A stretch of 58,408 bases of DNA, the filler included, from Dugesia japonica (taxonomy: Eukaryota): assembly GCA_001938525.1 (NCBI GenBank). It is 6 parts of 6 records of this genome, joined end to end, with 100 filler letters (N's around TTAATTAATTAA, not from the genome) between each part and the next. Parts side by side here need not be neighbours in the genome. Positions count along the whole stretch, not along the records: positions 1 to 8,885 come from MQRL01642467.1; positions 8,986 to 17,476 come from MQRL01580210.1; 4 more parts are not named here. One strand, 5' to 3'. Positions 1 to 11,799 of this stretch are shown here, piece after piece. The position numbers and the translations under genes are program-made. The notes beneath the pieces are model-generated. The model was not told where the DNA came from, did no database searches, and worked only from the letters and a program-made list of their open reading frames with translations. The number at the start of each line of letters is the position of its first letter. The stretch's first letter is position 1.

Positions 1-1509
1 TATTTGAAATATATTTGAAACTTGTTAAACATATTTTGAAACTTTCTAAATATATTTCTGCAAAATCCTGTATTACTCAGTTGAGTTTAACTTTATAGTC
101 GAATATTATATTATCTTTAATTTTGATTTTAATATTATGTTTGGATTGGTAGTAAAATCGGCTTCCATAGTAATGTATTGAGAATTGCATGTTCATAAAT
201 ATTAGAAGCTTTATTATAGTTTTACTCACAGACTCTTAAAGTTATCATACTTTAATGTTGAGTTTTATAGTTAAATATCTTGTTAGTCAAATTTGAATTT
301 ATAGTACTGAAATGTTTAATACTAAATGACCAATTTTAATAATTTAATGTTGATTTTATTTAAAACTAAGATGCAACCTTAATGATTTCCATGTTGTAAG
401 AAGTGCATTTTTATTAAAATTTACTCTTGATTTGAGCTGACATATTCTTGACTTCGTTACTTTTAAAAAGTAAAAAATTAATCATTTATTTTATTTTTCA
501 GAAATTAGCATATTTTTTATTTTTATACCTTTATTTTAATGAGTAGAATTGTAATATTTTCTTTTTTATCATAATGTAGGCTTGTAGCTGTTAATACTTC
601 TTAGTCGTATATTGACGCGTGAGTGAAGAATTTATTGTAGTCACGCTAAAAATCGAGTAAAATTAATCATTTTCCCAATACGTTAATATTGAAAATTCAA
701 ATAATTATTTAATTAATTAATTTAGTTTATACAAGAACAAATTCAGGATGTACAAAATTAATTTAACTGTTTTTTATTTTACTCAAAGTACTTTAAGGAA
801 GATCGGAGAACTGGGACTTCTTAGAATATATAAAACAAACGAAACTTTTCGGCACTTTGTTCGTATGATGGATGGTTAAGCATTTNNNNNNNNNNNNNNN
901 NNNNNNNNNNNNNNNNNNNNNNNNNNNNNNNNNNNNNNNNNNNNNNNNNGTTTATTGTCATATTTTACTTATTCCAAAAATATATACTCGCTAAAATTAT
1001 GTTTCCATCATTACTATCTTAATCATTCTTACCCTTAATTAGGGGTAAAAAATACATATTTCAACCTTATCATAAAAATACTGAAATCCAGGACTTTCCT
1101 TTTAGTTTTACTGAAGAGACTCAGAGACTATATGTTCGATTACCAATATTAGACAGAATAGTATTTAACTTCTGTAAAACAAACTACAAATATTACCTAA
1201 TGTACGTTTCTACTTAATTTTAAGAAACGTTGTCAGTCAACTGCACTCAGCATATTCGTGATAAATTATATTCAATGAGTTCATTCAACAATTCCTGTTC
1301 AAAATTATGAAATAAGTATCAACTTGACAAAAATAAAAATTCCAAAAATAGTTATTTGAAATATTTCAACAGAAAAATCAACATTCCGATACATTGTCTT
1401 GGAATTCCAGCCATTTTTTTGAAATTGTTTCTCAATTCAAAATACAATGCAAATAATAAATTCACATTAAATATTAATGAAAGACAAAAAACATTCGGAA
1501 TTTATATTA

Positions 1510-2160
1510 TTAAAATTTATAGCTAAAATTTGACAAATAAGAAACAATCGAAACAACACTAGAAATCGATATAACAACAGTTCCCAAAATAATGGGCCAC
1601 TGAACCCGCATTTTAAAGAAATATGCATAAACCAAAAATAAAAGAATCGGTAAAATAGTTTCAATTAAGATCTTTTCATAAATCGAATGTTTGATTAATA
1701 TTATAGCTGAAAGAAAACTGACGGCTGTTTGTGAAACAATCAACAACACTACAAGTTCATTGAAACCATCATTAAATGAACGATGACCCTCGAAATCTGA
1801 TAAAACCGGCATTAATATTACTGCAGTTATGGCACCAAATACTGAAAAAGAAAACTCTTGATTCCAAAATTCCGTAGATGTTAAGGGATTAATTACACTT
1901 TTCTTATTGATTTTCCACATTTGTTTTAAATATAGTTCATTGATTGATAGCAAAATAACAACAGAAACAGTCAACAATAATCCTAATAATGGATTACGAA
2001 GACTGGTCAAATTCGTGATTTCCGACAACGGTTCAAACTGAGCAATAATGAATGCAAAACTTGTAAGCAATAGAGATAATAAAAACATTTTTGTGATTTG
2101 ATATTTAACGAAAAAATAATTCAAGAACGATGCCACGACGAATTTTAGTAAATATGATAT
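1510..2160 (-). CDS. Terminal exon of an SLC35A-like nucleotide-sugar transporter (multi-pass membrane protein)
   Basis: Acceptor TTTCAG ends at 2161. The exon reads ISYLLKFVVASFLNYFFVKYQITKMFLLSLLL..GLLLTVSVVILLSINELYLKQMWK..FNDGFNELVVLLIVSQ..ILGTVVISIS, parallel to SLC35A (VTYQLKILTTALFS..GVYFEKILK..FFQGYN..VVVLQ..FLGAILV). Putative 83-nt intron 2161-2243. Confidence 0.72.
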   Translation of the reverse strand: MSYLLKFVVASFLNYFFVKYQITKMFLLSLLLTSFAFIIAQFEPLSEITNLTSLRNPLLGLLLTVSVVILLSINELYLKQMWKINKKSVINPLTSTEFWNQEFSFSVFGAITAVILMPVLSDFEGHRSFNDGFNELVVLLIVSQTAVSFLSAIILIKHSIYEKILIETILPILLFLVYAYFFKMRVQWPIILGTVVISISSVVSIVSYLSNFSYKF

Positions 2161-2571
2161 CTGAAATATTGAGAAAACTTTAATTTATATTCTAATAAGT
2201 TATAATAATTTATAAAATAGAATCCAAAAGGAACAGATTTTACCTTATAATTATTAGGTGTACCAATTAATTATGTGGATTTTTTCAATAAACNNNNNNN
2301 NNNNNNNNNNNNNNNNNNNNNNNNNNNNNNNNNNNNNNNNNNNNNNNNNNNNNNNNNNNNNNNNNNNNNNNNNNNNNNNNNNNNNNNNNNNNNNNNNNNN
2401 NNNNNNNNNNNNNNNNNNNNNNNNNNNNNNNNNNNNNNNNNNNNNNNNNNNNNNNNNNNNNNNNNNNNNNNNNNNNNNNNNNNNNNNNNNNNNNNNNNNN
2501 NNNNNNNNNNNNNNNNNNNNNNNNNNNNNNNNNNNNNNNNNNNNNNNNNNNNNNNNNNNNNNNNNNNNNNN

Positions 2572-3470
2572 CCCAACATGCCCCATCTCAAGATACATGT
2601 AAAGGATAGTTTAAATGCTTTTAAAAGAATTATTTACAAGTGAAGGACAAAGAACGTCCGAGTCAACCAAAAAATTTGAAGACCAACAATTACAAGTATT
2701 ATTGGTAGTCGATGTACGTCAAACTCAAAAAAAGTAACAAAAGAATAAACATTACTCAGCAAACAGTTTCCGGTCGGTTACAATTAATGGAGAAAATTCA
2801 AAAGGAAAGAAAAATTGTGCTACATCAATTCAATGAAAGACAAATGGAAAATCGAAAAGTCATCAGTGAAATATTGTTACAACGGCACAAAAGAAAGTTT
2901 TTTGTAGCAAATTGTGACAAGAAATGAAAAGTGGAATTATTTTGAGAATGCTAAACGCACAAAATCATGGGTTTCTCTATGTCAACCGTCAATACCGACA
3001 ACAAGGCTAAATAGCTTTTGCAAAAAGCAATGCCCTGCGTTTGATTGAATTAGAAAAGTGTGGTGCATCATGTGTTTCTAAAACAAGGTGAAACAGTTAA
3101 TACTAATTGCTATCGATAGCAAATAATTAATTTAAATCACTCTTTCACTGTAAAACAAACAGAATTGTTAGGAAAATACGGCAAAGTAATTTTGCTTCAT
3201 GTCAACGCATCACCACACTTTAAAATAAGTTCAACAGACGTTAAAGAATCTTGGCTTAACCCACTCGCTGTAATCAATAAACCTTGCTCATTCAAATTAC
3301 CGATTTTCTCGATTGATGGCATACAATTAATGAGATGCACTTCAAATCGTAGGAAGAATTAGAAAATTGGTCTATGAATGGCTGTCCTCAAAATAAAAAA
3401 GGTTATAATTGTACGGTATCTATAAATTATTTGAAAGTTGAGAGAAATGCGTGGCTAATGATGAACATGT
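2572..3470 (+). mobile_element. Decayed mariner transposase, Mos1/mauritiana-like
   Basis: Frameshifted motifs APSQDTC, QQTVSGRLQLMEKIQK, NERQMENRKVISEILLQRHKRK, IVTRNEKWNYFEN, LKQGETVN, KVILLHVNA. Confidence 0.9.
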
Positions 3471-5031
3471 AACCATACGGCTAGTATTTTATTTTATTTA
3501 TCTATTTTATTTTACTATTTCAAAAATAAACATCATTAAAAGTTTTGTTCTATCGAATTTCTTAGTTAATTACCAAAAATATTTTAAAGAGTCATAATTT
3601 TAGTGATGCGTTTATACTTACTAAAGTTTAATAAGTGTTTTTTCAAGTTTTCCAAGTTTTTCGCTGATTAAGAAATTTTGATTTTTATACTAAAATTAAT
3701 TTTAATATTTTGAAATTTTCTAATTAATTACATTCAAATTAAATTCATTATAATAAAATATTTTCATAAAAAGCATTTTAGAATTAATTGAAGAAACGAA
3801 AGGTGTGTACAAAGGTAGGGACGTAATCAGCGCAAACTAGTGACTTGCGCTTACTAAGAATTCCTATATATTGTTGTATATATTATTGTTGTTATTACTC
3901 TTTTTCATTTAGCTTGACGCTATTTATTCTTCTAAGACTTGATTATTTACGAATTAAAATAAATACACTTTTCAGTAAGATTCTCTTTCGTTATCCAAAT
4001 TAACCTGACAAATCGCTCCATCAACTAAAAACGGCCATGCANNGAGAANNACTATTCATATTTTATATTACACAATATTTTTATTATTAAAATAATTTAA
4101 ATTATAATTTTCTCCTCTTCAATTATTCCGGGAATGATAGTTTTTAAATCAAATTTGGAGGATTTGAAATGAGAAAAATAATTTTCTATGGGGTTTAAAA
4201 AGGACTATGTTGTGGCAAATGAAGAAACTAATGATTTTTTGTGGTTGCTATTTCATTGTTATGCATATTATAATCATATGTCAAATAATACCATTTCGAA
4301 GATTGTATAAAGAGAATTCATTCAGAAATCCTAATCCTGATGTAAGGTTGTGGCGTTAAAATGAAAAAAATTTAAATTTGAAGTAGTTCTGGAAAGTCTA
4401 GTAGGTATTGTAAATCAATACTTATTCAAATGATTCTAAACCTTAGATTTGACGAGTGCCTTTCTGATGCTTCTTATAATTCTACTATTGTTGATTTTGA
4501 CAAGCAAAATTAAGTCTTTAAAAAATTTTTATTATTTTAAATAATATTGTTAGCACAAACACTCGTTGACATTTGAATAATTGAATCAATAACAATAAAT
4601 TTATCCATAATAGAAAAGATAATTTTTTAACAAATTAACTTACCTGATTTTTTCAATTTAGAAAATTTATCGAAATAATGAAAACTAAAATTAATGCTTT
4701 TTTCAAAAAAACTAATAAATCTTTAAATTATTTTTTNNNNNNNNNNNNNNNNNNNNNNNNNNNNNNNNNNNNNNNNNNNNNNNNNNNNNNNNNNNNNNNN
4801 NNNNNNNNNNNNNNNNNNNNNNNNNNNNNNNNNNNNNNNNNNNNNNATACTTTATATACGTACATATTTTATGTTATAGAAGTATTAACTACATACAAGA
4901 TAATAATTAATTAAAACAAATTATTGCTAAATTATTATGTAGAGATAATAATTAATAGTGGAATTATTGCAAGATAATGTAAACAGCAGAATTTTAGAAT
5001 AATAATTACCATCATTAATAGTATCGGGACG

Positions 5032-5090
<59 letters not shown>

Positions 5091-5298
5091 GTCACAGTTA
5101 TTATTATCATCAAATCATCAGTAGAGTGTTAAGAAATTATTAAGATTATTATTTAAGAAGTTTTATGATTACTATTTAAGATTATTGTTAGAATGATTAT
5201 TATTATTATTATTAGAATGATTATTATTATTCTTATTATTGTTGTTATTATTATTATTTAGTATTATTGTTATTATTATTATTTAGTATTATTACTAT
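5032..5298. repeat. (ATT)n microsatellite and degenerate ATT-rich tract
   Basis: Pure ATT run ~5032-5090, degenerate continuation to 5298. Confidence 0.9.
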
Positions 5299-7805
5299 TG
5301 TTTGGCTGGAACGCCGAAATGTGAGACAAATGGACGATGTTATATTAAAAAGAGAATAATAGAAAAGAGAATGATGAAAAGAAAGAAAAGTGCTGGGCCG
5401 CCAAATATAATTATTGTCATTAGTCTTATAATACAGGTAAAAAGGCCATTATAGCCATAATATTTAACAAATTAATTATATTTTATTTCTATTATTTGTA
5501 TTATTAATTAATTATATAAAATCCACCGATGGACCAGGCACGGAAAATATTTGGAAAACTAAAATTCTGAATAACAAGAATTAATCACCATACAGACAAA
5601 GATGATAAATAACTTACCGAGATTTAAGTGCAATTTGCATTATCCAAATTGCACGTCTATCAAAATTTGTTGGTTATCTGTACAACTATGAAGGAAGAGT
5701 TATATCATAGAGAAACGTGGCATGGTTACACACTGACGGTGAACAATAACCGACGATGATTTATGAACCAATGAAAAACACCAATCAAGCATCGATTGGA
5801 AATATAAATATAAAGAAATATAAAATAAGATCGACCAGGAAATATAAACGAGAAAATCAGAATCAGAATTNNNNNNNNNNNNNNNNNNNNTTTTTTTTAA
5901 AAAAAATTTCAGACAATTTTTCTTTGATATATTTATTGCGAAATATTTTTTGTGTATTTATTGATTTCGTCTACAACGTTTTACTAAGAAACCAAGCGAT
6001 TTATATTAAAATAAACATTTTTCTATTTTAGAAATTATTTAATGACATTTGTTACGATAATCCGAGTGATAATTGTGAAGTGATGATCGTGTTCCCAGAA
6101 AATGNNNNNNNNNNNNNNNNNNNNNNNNNNNNNNNNNNNNNNNNNNNNNNNNNNNNNNNNNNNNNNNNNNTCAAATTAAAGATGAAAATGAACTTAAAAA
6201 AAGAATATTAATTACTCGAATTGTAAATGAAATGTCATGTAAATTGAAAGATATTTGGCACAAATTAAAGATGAAAATTTATTTAAAGTAAAAAAAAACA
6301 GTTGTATGCATTGAAAAGAAGTGGCATATAAATTGAATGATATTTTGCTCAAATTGAACGTGAAAATTCATATCATGAGAGTTACCTGAATTGCTCAAAT
6401 AGTAAATGACTATTCATATGCATTGAAAGAAATTATTCACTTGATTTGAAAATTAAAGGTCAGGAAATTGCCTACTCAAATTAAAGTTGAAAAAACCAGT
6501 AAATCGACGGGTATTAATTATACTGATTAAAAGTGAGAATTTTAAAAAAACTCACGGACATTATCAATTCCGGGTAAAGTTGAATAATCAAAAAATCGAG
6601 AGATAGTAATTGCTCCAAGAAAATATAAAAGCCCATCAAATTGAAGGACATTATTTTAATTGAATGAAAATGAGAAATCAGATAAATCGAAAAACCATAA
6701 TGGTATAAATCGAAGAATTGAATTTCAGTTGGAAGTGGAAGTCATTAATTGTTGAATTTTAAAACAAGCTTTCAAATAAAATTGAAGGACGATACTTGCT
6801 ATATTAAAAGAGGATTCGTAGTGACAAGAGTACGTCTTGTTGCCTTAAGTGTAGTGTCTGAACAAGTCGAAGTCAGTATACCGTATTAAGGGAGCTCGAT
6901 TATATGATGTGCGAGTCTTTGTTTGATTCTATTGATAGCTCCTTTTATTTTTATTTGAATTATAATTTTAGATTCGTTTTAATGATATATCAATAAATTT
7001 AAATAGCAAGTTTACATTATTTAATATTGGTTGACGTTGATACAATATCTAAATTTAAAATTGAAAGAATGCAATAATTAAAATATTTCTGAAGGCTAGC
7101 TAAATCTTAAATAAAAGGCTCATAAATTTAGTTGACAACTAATAATTACAAATTCCAAGCATCAATGAATTGATAGTAACGACCATCCGTGAAAGGTCAG
7201 TGAATTCTTTCTAGAACTCCGTAAAAGTGTGGACGAGGAAGAATAACTGACAACAGCAAATATCTTCTCTGGTTCACACTTTAGGAGTGATGGAACAAGA
7301 AAATGTTAGGTCATAGGCCGAAGAAACGCTGATTATACCTAGTGTAGAACTATTAGTTAATTTGTTAACTAATTGGTTCGATTTCTATTAGACTCAATAT
7401 TNNNNNNNNNNNNNNNNNNNNNNNNNNNNNNNNNNNNNNNNNNNNNNNNNNNNNNNNNNNNNNNNNNNNNNNNNNNNNNNNNNNNNNNNNNNNNNNNNNN
7501 NNNNNNNNNNNNNNNNNNNNNNNNNNNNNNNNNNNNNNNNNNNNNNNNNNNNNNNNNNNNNNNNNNNNNNNNNNNNNNNNNNNNNNNTTGTCCAATAACA
7601 TCAGAGTAATTACGACGCGATACCACAAAGTCGCACTGGATTCGGAAATGATGGGGCATGGCACATAGGTGTCACAAATACTTGATGGTCTTAGGTATGC
7701 CCCTAGACAGAAACGAAAGCGAGAAGTGAATAAATGGTTAAAGTGATTGATGTAAAGTTTAAGTAAAAAATATAAGTAAAGCATCAAAATCCTAAAACCC
7801 CAACA
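5299..7805 (+). mobile_element. TG...CA-bounded element, copy A (solo-LTR-like), 4-bp TSD CTAT
   Basis: Starts TGTTTGGCTGGAACG and ends CATCAAAATCCTAAAACCCCAACA. CTAT at 5295-5298 and 7806-7809. The 3' ~150 bp is homologous to the 3' end of 18954-23702. Contains internal gaps. Confidence 0.72.
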
Positions 7806-8929
7806 CTATTAAAATTCTTATTTTATTAATTAAGTTTATTAATTAGTATTATTATTTTAAAAAAATATATTTGTTAAATGAGTCATTAGACTCGTTAAAA
7901 ATTTTATAAAAATAGGCATGAATCATTATGATTCGACTAAACGTTTGCCCCATTCACCCGGACAACCAGATGAAAATTCGAAGAACAGAATTTTTGGACA
8001 ATCTAGCAAGCCTGTTCCTACACGCGTCGCCATGAAAACCCAGAAATTTTGCAGAAGAAATGTAAAAGTCTACGATTGATGTGGCTTTGGAAAAACCAAA
8101 ACACATTTCTCGTGGCAGTGAGTATAACGAGAAAACTATAAAAGGCAGAGAAGAAAAACAGAAAGAGCATTATTACTCTAACAATTTTACTCAACAGCAA
8201 ATTTTTGTACTAAGCAGCAAAATTTTAACTACCGATTCTTACTCAGTGGCGTTTATTTTACCCACCATTATCCTCAATCTCTAATTGGGTTAATTTATTT
8301 ACCGATATCATTCGTTACATCGGCAATAGTGTTTATTAACGGAAAAGTCATCAAGAATGCAGAATAAAAGAGAGTAATTAATATTTTATTTTATAAAAAT
8401 GTTTATTAGATAATAATGTAATGATGAAAACCGTCCCCGACCATTTACCTCCAACAGATAACTATGATTATTTATTGTCATATAAATGAAATTTGCAGAT
8501 TACTAAATATATGCATGATTTTAATGAAAACTAATCCGATATGCCTTTCCCTGCTTTCGAAGGAAAACTTTTTTTATATGCTTATAGTGGTATGATGTCT
8601 ATATCTGGTGGAGTATTTTAGTAATTTTATTATTCAATTATTATTCATTTGCAATTGTAGTTGGAGAAAATTATAATGTAAAATTTTTACTTTTGTTTTA
8701 TTACACTCATATAATAACTTCTTTTTTAAAGACTTTACGCTATAGATTACGATAATTATATATTTCGCTTGTCAGAGATTATTAATGTATGTAAATTTTT
8801 TAATTGTAACTGCTATTTTTTATTATATTTAAAATTTATGTTGTTTTTAAGAATGAGAATTTTTTGAACGTGACAATTATTAGTANNNNNNNNNNNNNNN
8901 NNNNNNNNNNNNNNNNNNNNNNNNNNNNN

Positions 8930-8941
8930 TTAATTAATTAA
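8930..8941. other. Artificial scaffold-joining linker TTAATTAATTAA
   Basis: All-frame stop 12-mer flanked by N runs; identical at five places. Confidence 0.95.
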
Positions 8942-8985
8942 NNNNNNNNNNNNNNNNNNNNNNNNNNNNNNNNNNNNNNNNNNNN

Positions 8986-10190
8986 AAATATATATTCAGA
9001 CAAAATATATTCAGACAAATATATATTCTGACAAAATATATATTCAGAAAAATATATATATTCAGACAAAATATATTCAGATAAATATATATTCAGACAA
9101 ATATATATTCAGACAAATATATATTCAGACAAAATATATTCAGACAAATATATATTCTGACAAAATATATATTCAGAAAAATATATATTCAGACAAAATA
9201 TATTCAGATAAATATATATTCAGACAAAATATATTCAGATAAATATATATTCAGACAAATATATATTCTGACAAAATATATATTCAGAAAAATATATATT
9301 CTGACAAAATATATTCAGACTAAATATATTCTGACAAATATATTCTGACAAATATATTCAAACAAAAAATATATATATTCGGACAAAATATATATTCAGA
9401 CAAAATATATTCAGACAAAATACATTCAGATAAATATATATTCAGATAAATATATATATTCTGACAAAATATATTCTGACAAAATATATTCAGACAAAAT
9501 ATATTCAGACAAATATATATTCTGACAAAATATATATTCAGACAAATATATATTCAGATAAACATATATTCAGACAAAATATATTCTGACAAATATGTAT
9601 TCAGACAAAATATATTCAGATAAATATATATTCAGATAAATATATATATATATATNNNNNNNNNNNNNNNNNNNNNNNNNNNNNNNNNNNNNNNNNNNNN
9701 NNNNNNNNNNNNNNNNNNNNNNNNNNNNNNNNNNNNNNNNNNNNNNNNNNNNNNNNNNNNNNNNNNNNNNNNNNNNNNNNNNNNNNNNNNNNNAAATATA
9801 TTCTGACAAATATATTCTGACAAATATATTCAAACAAAAAATATATATATTCGGACAAAATATATATTCAGACAAAATATATTCAGACAAAATACATTCA
9901 GATAAATATATATTCAGATAAATATATATATTCTGACAAAATATATTCTGACAAAATATATTCAGACAAAATATATTCAGACAAATATATATTCAGACAA
10001 AATATATTCAGACAAATATATATTCAGACAAATATATATTCAGACAAAATATATTCAGACAAATATATATTCTGACAAAATATATATTCAGAAAAATATA
10101 TATTCAGACAAAATATATTCAGATAAATATATATTCAGATAAATATATATTCAGATAAATATATATATTCAGACAAATAATATATTGTGA
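8986..10190 (+). repeat. Minisatellite, ~15-19 bp unit ATATAT(AT)TC(A/T)GA(C/T)AAA
   Basis: Dozens of tandem units; inverted units recur at 10751-10790. Confidence 0.95.
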
Positions 10191-10229
10191 CAAATGATAA
10201 AAATATATTTTATAAAAAACTTAACCATG

Positions 10230-10660
10230 TCACTCTAATATTCAAAACCCAAGCAATATTATTTAAAATCCTCTGAACTGTTACCGGAAACCATGATTTA
10301 AATGGAATAATTTATTCGTTGATATGTTTTCCGTTTTTAGTAGGTGATTGGCCAGTTGAATGAAAACTTGTATCAGTGACTAATTTGTCGAGTGTTTGCT
10401 TCAGTATTTTCTGCGTGCTTCTTCATATCCGCCCTGGCTTTTGCTACAGTAACTTTGCCATCAACCGGGGTATGATTGTGCAAATCATATTCATAAAGAC
10501 AGTATCATTTTTCGTGTGAATTCTGGTATTGCACGTATGTACTTTGCGTTTCCATGTTTCTTTATTATTAAAATCTACAATCACTTTGAGAAACATAAAT
10601 TACGATGAATAAATTTCTTTTTCCTTTCTGGGATTTAACGACTTGTACGATTATATCGTG
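10230..10660 (-). mobile_element. MULE/Mutator-like transposase fragment with FLYWCH-type N-terminus
   Basis: Minus-strand pieces VVKSQKGKRNL, WKRKVHTCNTRIHT, LHNHTPVDGKVTVAKARADMKKHAENTEANTRQI match the FLYWCH W-x-C..C-x-A-R-I-H-T..HNH-x-P pattern of animal MULEs. Confidence 0.7.
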
Positions 10661-10747
10661 GTATTATAATAATTATGAATTAAGGATTGAAGTTAAAAAT
10701 TACCTTGAAATTAACAGTTCAAATATAATGTTTAATATAATTAAACA

Positions 10748-10798
10748 TAATATATTTTGTCGAATATCTTTTGTCTGACTATATTTAGTCATGGAACC
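10748..10798 (-). repeat. Probable MULE terminal inverted repeat built of minisatellite units
   Basis: Reverse complement GGTTCCATGACTAAATATAGTCAGACAAAAGATATTCGACAAAATATA has the same unit as 8986-10190 in opposite orientation. Confidence 0.55.
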
Positions 10799-11015
10799 GT
10801 ATTATTGGATGATTGAAATTCTATAGCAATTGTCACCTTTAAATATTAATTTTATCGTGTTTTAAACCTTTTTTAAATCACCGCTGAGTTAAAGATGAAA
10901 TATATAAAAAGATATTTTGTGAAGAATCATTGTGATGTCATCTTGCGGGGAGGTAAGATATTATGTGATGAATTGTGACTAGTGACATGGAGGGAGTCAA
11001 AAATCTACTAAAATT

Positions 11016-11042
11016 GTGTGAAATCATTTATGGATGACCCCT
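11016..11042 (-). mobile_element. PIF/Harbinger-like TIR remnant
   Basis: GTGTGAAATCATTTATGGATGACCCCT resembles AGGGG(T/C)CATCCATAAAT-type termini; no partner end found. Confidence 0.4.
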
Positions 11043-11312
11043 TACACTTTTTTTTAAAATTAATCTTATTTAAAAGCGGAGTCATTTTTTCTGTTATTTT
11101 TATTTGTATTTTCTTTTCTATATTATGTGAAAATTCATTCGTAGATAAATACTTACTATTAATATGTTTTGTTTTTACTTAATTCAGTTCTTTTCTTTAT
11201 TTATTTTTTAAATTAAATTTGAACTAAAATTACATCTGAACAAAGATATAAAAAATGAGTTCTTGATGGATTTCTGAAAGAATAAAGAAGTAAAATATGA
11301 CGAGTAATTTAG

Positions 11313-11483
11313 GTTTTTGAACATATGATTCCAAATGTGCCTGATCATCAATCTGAACGCAATTCCGCTAGTTATGGTGGAGATTATCATAATAATAATA
11401 ATTATCGAGGTGGCAGCGGTTATCGAGGGAGAGGTCAAGGAAATTCTAACCGACGAAGAGGTCGTTTTCACCGTGGCTACTAA
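11313..11483 (+). CDS. Possible terminal exon or pseudo-exon encoding an RGG/YRG-rich tail
   Basis: After TTTAG: VFEHMIPNVPDHQSERNSASYGGDYHNNNNYRGGSGYRGRGQGNSNRRRGRFHRGY*; not in the ORF track. Confidence 0.5.
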   Translation, partial: VFEHMIPNVPDHQSERNSASYGGDYHNNNNYRGGSGYRGRGQGNSNRRRGRFHRGY

Positions 11484-11799
11484 TTATTTTCTTGTTATTG
11501 AAATAATTTTTATATTAAATTAATATTGCCAGTATTTTTCTTCGAAACTTTTTCATTTAAACCCAATTATTTAAACCTTTTTATTTTGGAACTAAATAAT
11601 CTGCGTTTGAAGATAATTTGTTTCGTTATTGAAAATTATGATTTAGTTATAATCCTCGGTTTTCCACATTTAGGTATTGTTTAGGTATTGTAACCCCTAT
11701 AAAATTTGATTATTTTTTAGCTGGTATTTATTGGCTTGTAAATTTCAAAACGCAACTAGTATAATTTATTAAAAAACCGGCTTTTTACTGAGTAAAAAT

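Noticed and set aside
2572-2578. CCCAACA resembling the element 3' terminus (also ~30430)
   Set aside because: Lies within mariner coding sequence without the conserved subterminal block
2254-2643. ORFs spanning N runs (also 7365-7787, 28002-28370, 32230-32538)
   Set aside because: Open only because gaps contain no stops
3804-4074. Possible short solo LTR TGTGTA...TACACA
   Set aside because: No matching target-site duplication (AAGG vs ATAT)
9570-9890. ORFs with SEYI repeats
   Set aside because: Translations of the minisatellite plus N gap
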